A stretch of DNA of 64,000 nucleotides from Amoebophrya sp. A120 (Eukaryota > Protista > Dinoflagellata). The notes under the pieces were generated by a model. It ran no database searches. It was not told the origin of the DNA and saw only the letters and a program-made list of their open reading frames with translations. This document shows positions 1 to 13,000 of the stretch, piece by piece (the stretch's first letter is position 1; every line of letters begins with the position of its first letter). A program made the position numbers and the translations under genes. The DNA is taken from positions 1,108,564 to 1,172,563 of the forward strand of contig CAJINV010000005.1 in the NCBI GenBank assembly GCA_905178155.1. Direction: 5' to 3'.

Positions 1-540
1 AGATGGCGCGATGCTGTACTGCACCCGTGGAACAAGGGAAAAAGTTGAAACGCGAGGTCAGAAAACAAGCATACAATTGCTCCGAAAGAACTCGCGAGAG
101 TCTGTGTTTCGAAACAGAGTCCAAGTATGAACTAGATCTGATCCACCCTTAAGGTCAGTGACGTGTGCGAATTTGGATATGTCTATGCGAAACTATGGGG
201 ATCACGGAAAAAACAATCATCTCATAGCAGCAGGCTTGCGTGATCCAATTATTTCTTCTGAGACGAAACAGTTGCGATCCAACACTTGGATCAAAACATT
301 CCAGTCGGAAATGGTGCTTGTTGAAAGATCTGAACTCGCTGATCTTCCAAATCGAAAGTCATACTGCATGAAGCAATTTTATTGGCGATCGAATATCTTC
401 ACTCTCACGCTCGACAGGAGTCAGATTTTACGAACGCAAGCGACAAACGATGGATTCATAGTAGCGCTACGGCAATACCTGATTTCTTGAAAGACACTTC
501 TTGTTCTCCGATTATCCCCACTCAAACGACCGACAACGAC

Positions 541-2203
541 ATGTCAATCTTTGGTGGCGGCGGCAACAGCGCACCAGCCGGTGGCGGCTCTTTGTTCGGC
601 GGCGGCGACAACAAACCAGCAGGCTCTATTTTCGGTGGTGCGGCACCTGCAGCCGGTGCCACCGCCGGTGGTTCCTCCCTTTTCGGTGGCGGTGGCGCGG
701 CGGCTGCTCCGGCGCCGGCCGCGGGCGGCTTGTTCGGCGGTGGAGCGAGTGCAACTCCCGCTGCGCCAGCGGCTGGTGGATCGAGTCTTTTCGGAGGCGG
801 CGCAGCGCAAACCCCGGCACCGGCCGCTTCAGGTTCATCGCTTTTCGGCACTGCTGCACCAGCACCCGCGGCAGCAGCGGAATCGAAGGCCGGGTCAATT
901 TTCGGCGCGGCAGCACCAGCAGCAGCTCCGGATGCGAAGGCAGCAGCACCAGCAGGCGGATCTTTGTTCGGCGCACCTGCCGCTGCTCCTGCAGCGGCGC
1001 CCGCCGCGGACAACAAAGCTAGTTCGGTATTCGGAGCCAGCGCAGCACCGGCAGGAGACCAGAGTAAACCCGCGGAAAGCAAAGCAGGATCAATTTTCGG
1101 CGGTGCAGCAGCAGCTGCACCAGCAGCGGGTGGGGATAACAAAGCAGGGGGGTTGTTCGGAGGTGGCGGTGCAACAGCAGCTCCGGCAAATGACGCGGAT
1201 AAGAACGCACTCGCAACTGTCGGCGGAGCAAAGAAGGAGCCAGACCAGAATGCGCTAAGGATGTCGGTATCTATACATAGAACGGAAGACTTTTTTCGAA
1301 AAGTGAGAGTTTGAAATTGAATTTGAGTGTAGTCGTACGACTGATTCTGCTTCTACTTGTTACTGCCTGTCAAATAGATCAAAAGCAATTCGTCAACATA
1401 GCGACTCACTGTCACTTCTTCTTCTCTCTACTCAGGTCAACGAGCACCGGAAAGTTGGCGAACTTCTGCGACAATACGAAGAACGAATTTTCAAGCAAGC
1501 CGCAACGTTCCAGCAAGCCGCCGCACAGTGCGTCGAGATGGACACGGCACTGATTTCAAACAGTCTAAAGGTCCGAGAAATAAACCTGGAGTACGAAACT
1601 TTGCGAACAAAGCAGAACACCGTTGCCGAGTGCCTGAAGCACATTGCTGAACAGCAGGTACAAATTTTTTCGCAATACGGCACCCACGCGAGTTTGTGTG
1701 TTAGTTAATCAAAGCGCTGGCGCTTTTCTTCTCTCTGTAAGAAAGTACTCTGGATCGAAAATCTGCAATGCAAAAATCAATAAACAGGAATCTCTCTCCC
1801 GCCTAATGGGTGCCCTGCAAGCGAGTCTCCAGTCCGCCCCGGCTGCGAGTACGAAGTGTCACCAAAAAGCGAACACGCTCGCTCTGCATCTCGACGATTT
1901 GGAACGACAAGTGAACGACCTGACGTCGGAAATCGACAACGTGCACGAAAAACAGTATTGAAATGATTTTTGCTATTGCTTTTGCTTGGCAACGTGTATT
2001 TGGAATGACAGCTATTCTTGTCTAGAAAATGCAGCTATACAAATCGACACACATTGAATTCATTTTTCAGGTACGCTACCCCGCTAGGCGGTATCGCGCG
2101 AGTCTTGTGCGCCCAGGCAGATACCTTGAACCACTTGGAGACGCAGACTAGCGAAGCCGCGATGAAGCTGAAGCAGATGGACGGAAATTTGTTTTCCCGA
2201 TGA
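541..2203 (+). CDS. NUP62: FG-repeat nucleoporin Nup62/Nsp1; exons 541-1266, 1436-1657, 1788-1954, 2071-2203
   Basis: SLFG/SIFG repeats followed, after three GT-AG introns, by an Nsp1-type coiled coil (YEERIFKQAATFQQAAAQCVEMDTALISNSLKV...HIAEQQ; PLGGIARVLCAQADTLNHLE). Confidence 0.88.
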
Positions 2204-2759
2204 AGGAGTTGAGGCTGTCATGCTCATGCTCCCAAAGAACTCAAGCTTGGAAAAACTAAACGCGACGACTGATATTTTTACCACCGTGTGTCAAAGGAAT
2301 TCATCGCTCATTTAGATTTACAATCACACCCATGGGAAGAACAAATACAAACAAGGCACGCCACTGTCCCGTGCGCAAGCAATGCATCTCACTTTGGAGT
2401 TCTTTCTGCGTTCGATCTCGAACTTGTTCCCCAGTACCGGATCCTGAACAGTTGCCAAAGGTGCTGACGACCCCGTCGTTTCTTTGGTCGTCGTCGTCGT
2501 CGTCGCCTTCAAGAAACCATAACCATTTTTGCCCCAGTTCGTTCCTGTTTTCTGACTCGCGATGTCTTTCTAGATTTTCGGGTTCCTTTTGGACTCAGTT
2601 GGTTGCAGATTTTTCTCGCCTGCTCTTCATGTGTTTTCTGTATGTAGGTGACGGCGAACAAGATCAATAGTCACGTCTACCGATTTCTACAAAACAAAGA
2701 CGCATAAATGAGAAGAACCAAACATCTTCTCCTCAGTAAATAAAGATCGTGCCACAGCC

Positions 2760-3495
2760 ATGGATCCCCAACAACTCGGCAACCCTGGAGGTGGCTCCCA
2801 GCAGTCCGCCCGGAGTTCCCAGTACGCGCGGTTCGGTGCGGATGTGTTGAGCCGGATGGAGAAAGTGCCCAGCGAGCTGCTCGCATTGACTTATGGCTCA
2901 CTGATCACGCAACTGATGGAGGATCTGCACAGCGACACGCAACAAATGAACGACGCCCTCGACCGGATGGGAGAGCAGATGGGAGCGAGGTTGGTGGACG
3001 AATTTTTGGCAAAAACGCAAAACATCGTGACGAGTTTTCCACTCTGCTGCCAGGACTTCCCGGACTTGTGCGAAATAATAGCGACGGTCGGGTTTAAAAT
3101 GTACCTCGGGGTGGCAGCTGAGGTAAGGCTAAGGGTAAAGAACTTTCAATCATCACAAAAACAAATTTTCTTCCGACTACCGGCTTTCTTCAAGGGCCTC
3201 ACATTGCACTTTTCGTTCCACCCTCTAACTTCAGGTTGCTAACGTGTCCGAGAAGTCCTGCGACTTCATTTTGCGAGAAAATCCGTTATCGGAGTTCGTG
3301 GAAATACCCGCAGAGCTTCAGTCTGGCGGCCTCTGGTACAGCAACATCCTGGCTGGCGCGGTGCGCGGCGCGCTCGCGGCGGTGGGTGTGAGGACGCGGG
3401 TGTACTTTGTGGAAGATGTGACACGGGATGACAACGACATCACAAGAATAGCCTGTGAACTGATTGAATACATGGTAGATGAGTTCGATGATTGA
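2760..3495 (+). CDS. BET3: TRAPP complex subunit Bet3/TRAPPC3; intron 3123-3234 (GT-AG)
   Basis: ELLALTYGSLITQL, LDRMGEQMGARLVDEFLAK, NPLSEFVEIP, LWYSNILAGAVRGAL motifs. Confidence 0.93.
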
Positions 3496-3686
3496 AAACA
3501 AAAAGAAAATTTTTCTAGAAGAGACACGGCGCGTTTTGTGCTGCCTTTGTTCAAATGTGAGCGCCGGAAGATGCATCTTCTAGCACCATCTGTTTCTGGG
3601 TTCGGGCGGTAGTGCGTTTCTTTCTGGACAGTCTGGACCGAAGAGCAGTCTTGTAAAGTGGTAGGTGTAGCTCGTAACTCGAAACG

Positions 3687-6599
3687 ATGCGGTCCCGATC
3701 GCGGGCAACCTTGTCTCGCCTCCGCACGGCGGGTTGCTTTTGCTCTCCGCTCCTCGCGTCGCTTGCGTTCCTACTTCCCGGAGTCGCGGTAGCAACGTTT
3801 GACTTTGCTCGCGAGGCCCAGTTGATTTCACGCCAGCAGGAAATTGCGGACTTGCTCTCTACCCTTTCGCGCAGCCGAAACAGCGCAGCTGACCGCCCCC
3901 TAGCGGTGACGCCGCGACTGCAAGACTGGTTTAAGAGCTCGATTGGCGTGCAAGAAACGTACGACGGACGGTATCGGAGCGGTGTAGGCAATAAGGAGAA
4001 GGAACTTTTGGGAGAATCGGCTGCAGCAGAACATAATCAAACACGCGTTGCAGAAGTAGAAAGAGAACTGAGGCCTCCAAAGATTTTGTTTAAGAAGGTC
4101 CTGACGACCTCCACCACTCGAAGTGCAAACGCGAGGAACGCGTTTGTCCAGCCGGCCTTCCGGGCGATTCACTTTCTCGGTGCCCCTGCGCATTCGTCCG
4201 AGCACGACGGCACCAGCTCCAGCTTGTTGACACGGATATGGGGAGCTATCACGGCCCTGCCTGCGGCAAAGAAAGCGAAAAACTCAGCTGGGAAAAAGGG
4301 GAATGGGAAGCAAAAAGTGGAACCACCAAGGTCGCTCAGTAAGGAGCTGCGGGTTTTGCGGGTGCCGATCGACGGGACCAATGTGGAAATTGGAACGCCC
4401 GTGTCGGCCGCGTCCGACGGCCGTGCGGCTAGCAGTACTACAGCGGCTGATACGACTCTGTCGTTCTCGCAACTGTTTCCACCCGGTATAGAGTCGATGG
4501 CGTTCTTGAAAAGCGGGCCAGTACAGCCGATTGCGCATCAGACGGTGCGGAAGCAGGGAGCCACGAACGAAACGGCTACGGAACAATCGCTTTCAACAGC
4601 AGAAACATCAACCATCCTCTCCATCCAGCCGGTAAACCGCCGGGCCGTCTGGTTGATCCGTGGCTTCCCGGCAGATCGCACCTGGCAGGCCGAGCAATGG
4701 GCGTGTACTGCAACCCCGAAATTACTGGCCTACACGACGAGAATGCCGTTTAAGAGCACAGCTACTGCTGGGCGAAATCTTCAGACGGAGAATACAAAAA
4801 GCCCCTCAAGCACCAGCAGTTTCCCAACCTCGTTGTCTACCCTTCAGATCCTCTCTGGCGGCCGGGAATTCCTCACTGCTGACGACGCAGGCCGGATTTT
4901 CCTGCTGTCCTCCGCTGTTACCACCAGCACGCTGACGTGGACACCTTCGCCAAACGGCACTGAAACAACCGGTACTAGTGGAGGATCAAATCGCGGCCGC
5001 GGGTCGAACAAAATCATGTTCCACGAGATTTCCGAGAAGCTCTCCGTTCGCGTCGCGGATACTCCTGTTCTGGGAATTATGTCTGTCGCGGGTACTAGTG
5101 TCGCGGAGCGCTCCTTGTTTTTCACGAAATCCTACTTCGGCTACTTTGCCGCGAAGCAAGCAGAGGTGATGCAGCCCCTCTGCGGCGGCTGGACGGACGC
5201 CTGGCGGATTTCGCAAGTCGTGCCTGCGCAGAACGGGCTGCGCATCTTCGTCTTGCTGACGAACGACAGAGCGAAGCGCAGCCGGATTCTCGTCTACCTA
5301 TCCGACCGCACGCCGGACCCGTTCTCTGGCGTGAAGAAGCGGCAGGGGGCGGAGAAGTTGTGCTTACTGGAAAACCGGTTCCCGGAAGTCGGAGGAAAGT
5401 TGACAAATTTGCACGTGATCGCCGACCGGTACGTATTTGCGTTGCAGGAGCTGCGGCAAGAAGGAGGCAGTGCAACTGTTGCGGGACGAAATAGTGCGCA
5501 AGAATCGCCAGGTGGTAAAAGGCTCGTTTTCTTCGGTTCTGAGTTTGAACCGGGTACGAACGACCCGATCGGGATTTACGGCGGCACGCAGTCGCACCAT
5601 CCGCAAGGGAAGGTTTTTTTCTTCGACGACTTGCTGCCGGACCTGGCAATCTCAGACTTCGCGATTTCACCTTTTCACGGGGCCACCAATCCGCAGCTGC
5701 TGGTGGTGAATGCGAGGAGCCGGGCGACTGCTTTGAAAGCTTCTTCGTCAGGTCGTGCTGGACCAAATCAAGCAAAAGTGGCTCCATCTGATGAAGAAGT
5801 CCTGTACCAATTCCAGATCTCGAAACTGGTTGCCGCTGCTACAGCCGATGAGAAGGAAAATGGAGCACTGGGGAAATCCGGAAGGAGTGGCACAGGCAGC
5901 AACAGGGCAGTTCCACCAGCAGATCTTCACGAAACGATCCTAGGCCGTCGCGGACGACCCCCTAGGGTATACCGCACAACCGAACGGGACGAGCTGATCG
6001 CAAAGAAACGAGCCGCTTCGGGCAAGAATTCGAAACAAACCACTTCTCTCTTCAGCGACGAGGATGCGGGTGGATTACGCGACGTTGCCGATGAGCACCT
6101 GGCGCGTAAGCCCTGGTGGCGCCGGGTCTGGGACAAGATCTACTTACCGAAGGGGATTATCATGTTCCTCCTCATTGCCGCACTTTGCTCCTACACCGTC
6201 ATGAAACAACGGCACAAACACAACTACGACGGGGACCGGCTGAGGGGGAAGTTTTCGCAGGAGCAGATTTTAAAAGGGTTGAAAAAGGAGGCGGAAAGGG
6301 TGCAGAAAGAGGCGGAAGAGATGGCGAAGGGAACAATAGGAGCAGACGGTGAAGAGGGAGAGGGGGAGGAAAATTTGGAAAATCAGAATGTTTTGAGACA
6401 GAGGATAAGCGGGCGCGTGCCGTTGCTTCCACCAGCCGCGGAGCAGAGGATGCTAGAAGAGGACGAAGTCGAAGATGAAGAAGGCGGCCTGGAGATTGTT
6501 GACCGGGACGAGGATGCCACTGCATTACAAGATGGCGCAGGCGAGTCTGCGGAGGAAGTTGATGAAGGGGCTGCTGAAAGTAACATGCTGCAAACATGA
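3687..6599 (+). CDS. Uncharacterised single-pass membrane protein (970 aa, single exon)
   Basis: Long ORF; N-terminal hydrophobic signal (LLASLAFLLPGVAVA), TM helix (GIIMFLLIAALCSYTVM), acidic C-tail. Confidence 0.75.
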   Translation: MRSRSRATLSRLRTAGCFCSPLLASLAFLLPGVAVATFDFAREAQLISRQQEIADLLSTLSRSRNSAADRPLAVTPRLQDWFKSSIGVQETYDGRYRSGVGNKEKELLGESAAAEHNQTRVAEVERELRPPKILFKKVLTTSTTRSANARNAFVQPAFRAIHFLGAPAHSSEHDGTSSSLLTRIWGAITALPAAKKAKNSAGKKGNGKQKVEPPRSLSKELRVLRVPIDGTNVEIGTPVSAASDGRAASSTTAADTTLSFSQLFPPGIESMAFLKSGPVQPIAHQTVRKQGATNETATEQSLSTAETSTILSIQPVNRRAVWLIRGFPADRTWQAEQWACTATPKLLAYTTRMPFKSTATAGRNLQTENTKSPSSTSSFPTSLSTLQILSGGREFLTADDAGRIFLLSSAVTTSTLTWTPSPNGTETTGTSGGSNRGRGSNKIMFHEISEKLSVRVADTPVLGIMSVAGTSVAERSLFFTKSYFGYFAAKQAEVMQPLCGGWTDAWRISQVVPAQNGLRIFVLLTNDRAKRSRILVYLSDRTPDPFSGVKKRQGAEKLCLLENRFPEVGGKLTNLHVIADRYVFALQELRQEGGSATVAGRNSAQESPGGKRLVFFGSEFEPGTNDPIGIYGGTQSHHPQGKVFFFDDLLPDLAISDFAISPFHGATNPQLLVVNARSRATALKASSSGRAGPNQAKVAPSDEEVLYQFQISKLVAAATADEKENGALGKSGRSGTGSNRAVPPADLHETILGRRGRPPRVYRTTERDELIAKKRAASGKNSKQTTSLFSDEDAGGLRDVADEHLARKPWWRRVWDKIYLPKGIIMFLLIAALCSYTVMKQRHKHNYDGDRLRGKFSQEQILKGLKKEAERVQKEAEEMAKGTIGADGEEGEGEENLENQNVLRQRISGRVPLLPPAAEQRMLEEDEVEDEEGGLEIVDRDEDATALQDGAGESAEEVDEGAAESNMLQT

Positions 6600-7244
6600 G
6601 TTTGACTTCAGTTGCGCGATTTGATGTTAGGTTAGGAGCTATGCAGCTGCAAAAATTTTTTGCGCCAACCAATAAAAACAAAAAGAAACGTGAACAAGAA
6701 AATGGCCGCTTTATCAGTCGTTTCTGCAGTGTTAGAAAACACGAGGCCTCGCACTGCATCGACAGTTCAAAATCTTAACATCACCGACCAAGTTCACATT
6801 CGTACGGTACAACGAACAGGTTGCCGCAGAAAAAGATCTACTGCCTTTGACCGCTGGTTCTGATTCTTCATAGGAGCACTACGATTTGGTTTTGGATGTC
6901 AATCGCTAGTCACACTGACCTCACTTTTTTCAGCACTAACATTCAGTCAGTCTTATCAGTCCCATGAAACCGGTAGTACCAAAACCAATCCTGTTCCTGA
7001 TATTCTGTGTGTTGAAGTTTCCGCACTAACGACCTCCCAAGATCCCCCCGAAAGAAAATCCCGAATGTCTTTGATTGCGTAATCGAGGACGTCGACCCTA
7101 TATAAACCGTAGTCAATTCTCAATGGAAGTATTCTTCTGTACAACCAAACAAGTAGGAGTACCAAAATAAATTGAAGTTCTCTGAGTCCACCATCCCCCG
7201 AGTAACTACACATCGCAAGTAACCATTACCCACACTCTTTTACC

Positions 7245-9182
7245 ATGTCCCTCGACCAGTATTCCCTGTACGGCCTCCTGGCCAAGTTGGAGCAGGAGGA
7301 GAAAGATTTCGACGAGAAGGAACTCAAAACCGAACTCCAAACCCGCTTACTGACCCAAGACGACTTGGAATTCACCGCGGTGGAGAAAAAGCTCGTCTCG
7401 CAATACGTCCAGAAGCTTCTTGCCCAGGCAAAGGCGGAGGGGAACGGGAAGAAGGAGGAGAAGCTGCAGGAGCTGCTGGCAAAGGTCAGCAAGACCAGTA
7501 CTTTGAAGGAGCCGCGGGCGATTCGGAAGCTGATTTTTGAATCGAAGAAAGTCGAAACCGAGCACGAAAAAGCAGCGGAAACGCTGCAGAAGTGGCGGGA
7601 CGGCAAGCACAAGTTGAAAAACGTTGCGGAGGCGGACGCGTTGCAGAGGAAGGAGCGGGATTTGGGGAAAGAAGTGCGGCAGTTAGGGGAAAAGTTGGAG
7701 AAATTGCGACAGGTATTCCTAACGATGATTTGTTTGTTTCGGATGCTAGATTAGCGGTGGACCTGTCTATCCGCGTATGGATAAAGCCTTTGCTTGTTCT
7801 TGTTCACCCTCACGCATGCCCATCTGAAACAGACCCGTCAGAACTTCGGTGCGACGGACAGCGACGACGATTTCGACCGTGCGCGACCAACGACCTGGAC
7901 CAGCGTGAAGCACGTCGTTCCCAACCCCGCAGCGAAGAATCCAGCGACGAGTAAAAGCAAGAGTGCGTCGGCGAATAAGGCCACTATCGCAAATCGTGGG
8001 GGAGGGAACCAGTGGCGGTCGAACGAGATGACATTAGCGCAGCAGCTGCAAATGCGGATGGTTGCTGATCTGAAGGCTCAAGAACAGCCGGCGTCGAGAG
8101 CGGAGGAGGATGGCGACACGACCGCGGGAGGAAAGACAGTTGCCACTGCTGCGCAGTCGCAAGTGTCACAACAAGCGACCACAGACAAAGAGCAGGATTG
8201 GGACGAGGGGGAGGAGGACGACTTTTGGGAGGAAATGCAGCGGGAAGAAGAAGTTTGGAAACAGGTCCCAAGTAAAGACCACACGTGCGGCAGGAAGGCC
8301 ACAGGCGTTGGAGCGGTTTTGCAAGCGGGTAAAAAGGATTCTCAATCTGACGATGACTCCGACACAGTCGACGTTCACGATGACGCCCAACAGGCACCGG
8401 AAAGCAAGACTACATCAACAGCGAAGAAATCGCGAAGTAAAAATAAGAAAGGATCTTCGGATCAAAGGGCAGATGAAGCGGAACTCGCGAGACTGCTACG
8501 AGAGCAGGCCAAAGCGAAGACAAAGAGTACTGCGAAAAAGGGACCGTCATTTTTCTACACCGCTTACCAAGCTGCGCGGAAGGAGTTTTGCGAAAATTCG
8601 ATTCTGTATCTTTTGCTGCAGAATTCACCTGTGATAGATGCAGACGCGATGCGGACGGCTGTCGGCGTGCGAAACCCTTTGGGTCTTGGACCGCAGAAGG
8701 CAACGACTACGGACGCGTACATTCAGTTCTTCACGGGTTGGAAGTTCAGCTTCCCGATCGGCTTGGCGAACGCGTCGACAAAATCGCAAGCGAGAAAAGC
8801 CGCTGAGAAAGGTGCAATTTTAGTCGATCCGGAGTTCGGATCGCGAATGAAGGAGAATGTTGGGAGATGGTACCCGGTAGTGGCGAACTTGACGCTGCTG
8901 GCGACGCTTTTCTGGCATCGGGGGACGTGGTGGGCTATGTGTGCATTTGCTCTGCTGGGAGCACAAACTCTGCTTCTGGAAGTCCCAGAGGCGGCGAGCG
9001 CCATTTGCGTAGTAGAAAAAGCGGGAAAGGAGCAGAGGGAGTTGATTCTCCTGAAATCGTTGCACGTCGGATTGTGGTTAGTTTTCATGGCAGGTGCGAT
9101 TGCAGTCTTTGCGTGGTCGTTTCTGCTCTTCGTCTCTATTGTAACTTGCGCGCTCTTTGCGTCGCTACAGTATGCGGCATGA
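7245..9182 (+). CDS. Uncharacterised protein, N-terminal coiled coil and C-terminal TM helices; intron about 7713-7832
   Basis: Two ORFs join in phase through a GT-AG intron; hydrophobic C-terminal segments. Confidence 0.72.
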
Positions 9183-10043
9183 GTAACTCGAGTCAGTTAC
9201 TTCAGATTCAGAGAAGATGAAAAAACTTTTAAATGCTCCCGAGTAAGAAAAAGAAAAATTAGAAGCGGAGTGTTGTCCCTACTCCAGTTCAAAGTTGGTT
9301 GTGGATCCACCATGAAGTGTCGCTGTCGACAACAAGAGATGTTCGCGTTTGATTGATCTTCAGTGACATCATGGTTTGAATTCAATATAGACGTCTCAAA
9401 ATGTTAGTGGAACCAAACAAAAGAGCTGTTTGAGCTGCATAATCAGCTGAGCGAGAGTGGGTGCGGACCGAATCCAAAACTACATTTTCAAGTTATGATT
9501 GTTGTGAGGCCATTACTCTTCTCAAAGTGCTGGCTTCATACACAAAGTGGCTTCAGTTACGAAGCAAAGAGGCAGCAAGATATTTTGGAAACAAAAGTCA
9601 GAGCAGCATCCTGATTCATACTCATAGCAACTTTGGTAGCCAGGCTAGCGCGCGCCTTCGCCTTGCGCCCAAAGGTTCATGTTTCTTCTGAGGAAGCTAA
9701 AGACGGGGCTGGTGACGCAGATCATGATCGATCTGCATCTCCTCAGCAAACGGGGTGTAGTTTTAGGCTAGTGGGTGCTTGCCATTCTTAGCAGAGTCGT
9801 GCACATGATTTACCAGCAGACCAATGGTACCAAAATGCCAATGAACTACTCCTTCGCTGCTCGTCTCTCCGTTCGTATCTAGTTCCGCCAAACTCTTCCT
9901 CATTTTTCGACCTCAAAAACCGATGCAAGAAGTCTGTTTTACCCTACAGTTAGCATTATTGAGTTCAATTTGTAATGCATAATCTGTTGCAATGCTATGC
10001 TGGCTCTACGAAGACTAGTCTGTTCGGAGAAATAAAACAAGCG

Positions 10044-13000
10044 ATGGCGGAGACGAAGAACGATGGCCCCTCGGCCTCGAGGTCGCCTCCGCGATCAAAC
10101 AGCGCCGCGCGGCTTCTTCCCCCGAGCAAATGGGTGGACGTCGGTGCTATAAGGAATACCAGACACCCCTGGTATGGCTACGCACGCAAGTTGGCGGACT
10201 GGGGGAAGGGGGTGGCGGAAAAGGACGGAAAAAAAATGTGGTGGAGGATGCCACCAAAAACGCTAGAGGCGGCAGAAAAAAAAGGGAGCTATACGTGTAG
10301 AGGCGTCGTTTCCATCGATTCGCGGCATGCAGTGCCGCTCGCTGTGCCGAAATCTGCGGAAAGAGGAAAACTACTTCGGAACCACCTCCTTGCCGAAAAC
10401 AATCGGGAGCGGAGAGAACTAGCCGCGAAGGCAGAAAACTACCAATACCAGCTACAGCTGCAGAATTGCAGGGCTTCCGCATCATCATCGGCGTCGTCTT
10501 CATCTTCCTCTTCGTCGACGAGTAGGCGCCGCCTGCAAGTCCCTGCCCATTTCTACACCCGTGAAGACGCAGCCGAACCGTCGACGTGTTCTTCTTCGGC
10601 CTTCACAGCAAAAGCACCAAGCGGCGAAAAGCCACCGTTGTGGACGATCGAGGACGGGTTGAAGTCATCTGCTACGTACGCCCAACGCACAGCAAATACG
10701 ATATCGCGGGCGGCAGCGGAAGCGGCTCTATCGGTGGAAGATCTCGTGCTGCCGGCGAATGTGCCAGCACCGACGAGCAACGACATCCCGGATGACGTTC
10801 ATTGCATCGAGCTCATCGAAATAGTATGCCGTGTCAAGAAGTTTCTTTCCTTGCCATAGTTTCTGCCACCATATAACCGGAATGAAAATGGCAGGCACTA
10901 TGTGTAGTTTTATGGGCCCATAATCCAAGGTTGGACTAGGGTGGCCGTTCCGTTTAGACTGACTTGTATTGCTTTCAGCGCTCTTTTTTTGTAAGTGTAG
11001 ATCGTTGAATTTGAATATAAGGGATAAAAGAGGTGTAAAAGATAAAGAGCAGGTACAAGTGAGGTATAAAAGTAGAACAAGCCGACGGAAAGAAAACAAC
11101 TGCACAGGGATAAGTGAGTCAAGACATCGATATAGAAACCCACCTCTTGCCTCCTAAATTCGTCGCGAAACTTCACAAGCCGCACCGGTCCCACAAGGGA
11201 TTGCTAAAATCGTTGAAATGGTACAGAGGGAGTCACAGTGCGACACAGACATTCGCGAACATCTGCAATCCATCCGGTATCACTTTCGTGTGTTTTGCTT
11301 TTTGAGATTTTTTTTGATCGTTGATGGTGCTGTTGTAGCATTTTCAAGCGAACACCCGAATATTCAAAGATGTATGAATTTCTTGGAGCCTATCTACGAG
11401 CACGAAAAACATTCTCACCTACGATACCGATATCTATTCTAATGTTCTTTGAAAACAGCAACGCAAACGGTCCTTTTTCATAAAACAGCACACAACCAGT
11501 CAGAATCGCCTTGGTTGTGCAGAAGTTTTTCCGAGGTACGAAATTACTTCGACCGAGAACGAGACCTACTTGCCGCATATGCCCTCCGGGATTCGGGAGA
11601 GAGCGAACTATCGCGCGAAGACATTTTGTTCAACGAGATTTTTACCTATTTCAAAGAGCGCGCCGTCTTGGTGTGGTTGTTACGACGAATTCGAGATGCA
11701 GAGCAGGGCAGCACCAGAAACAGTACCGCTGCTGCGGATAACGCGAATGGGAACCAGTGGACAAGCTCTAGTGCAAGGACTCTGCTCGAGAACGGCTACG
11801 CCATGCGTTTGCTGAGTGAAAAAGGAGCAGAACGATTGGAGAATCAACGCGCAGCTCGTTTGACGATAGTCGAACCGCATCTTGATTCGGGAATCAAGAC
11901 TGGAAGCACCAGAAGCGACCATCACAACGATGCACAAGTTACCTGCGCTGCCGAATCAGAAGCAGCAGCGGCAGCATGTGTTTCCCGAGTCAAGGAACGA
12001 CACGAGCTGGACTCGCCACGACTAGCAGACGACCGCTCAAGGATCAAGAGAGAACAAAAGCAAAAGCCTGATGACGACGGTGCATCGGCGTCCCTGTCCA
12101 GGCAGGCTGCGTTAAGCCAGCATTATTCAGCAGCGTCTTCTCTTCCTGATTTTTACAAAAACGGAAAAACCAGCATCAAGCAAGAGGAAACCTTGTCAGT
12201 GTCAACCAGCATCGCTGGCGAAGCTCGTGATGTGTTGAAAGCTAAATCTTCGAGTTCTCCGGACGTTCGATTCAAGGCAGAGGCATCTCCCTTTGAATAC
12301 GTGAAGAGTGAAAGATCCATCAAGCGGGACCCAGACCTGATCGCCACGAGTTCGGCCGAAGAGCGAGATAACTCCGCTCACACGATCCGAATCAAGTGCG
12401 AGCCCACTTCACCCGGGGCCGCTGATCGCCGCCGCAGCCCCACGAAGTGCGAGCCTGAGTACACGAGCAGATGCGGATGCGGTCCTGTGCGCATTAAGAA
12501 AGAACTCACTTCACCAACACCGCCGGAGTCGCCACGCTTTCGGGCCAACGAAAATCTCATGTTCCACAACACTCCCGAGAAAGCAGGAGCAGTACGCATC
12601 AAGAAGGAGCAGCAATCGCCTGCTTTGTTGAGTCATTTACCAGCCGCCTCAACTAACACGCAGGCAGAAAGTATCGGCTTTTTTGGTCGTCCACTGCGAC
12701 GAGTGAAGGAGGAGAGTGCAGCGCCCGTTCCCGTCAGTAGGTCTGCAAACAAAGCGACAGGTGAAACACAACAAAACGGAGGCGGGCATTTGGTTGTTGA
12801 CGAGAAAAGCGAAAAAAAGCAATCAGATTCGTCGCTTCCCTTCTGCGCGACCGCAGCTAAGCGTGAACGTCCACTGGAAACCGAGCACGAAGATACCAGC
12901 AGCGATCAAGGCGCTTCAACTTTTCATCTTCCAGCGAAAGTACTAGAAGAGAGAAAGATCATAGCTTGCCGCCAGCTGAGCAACATAGCTGAGCCACGAC

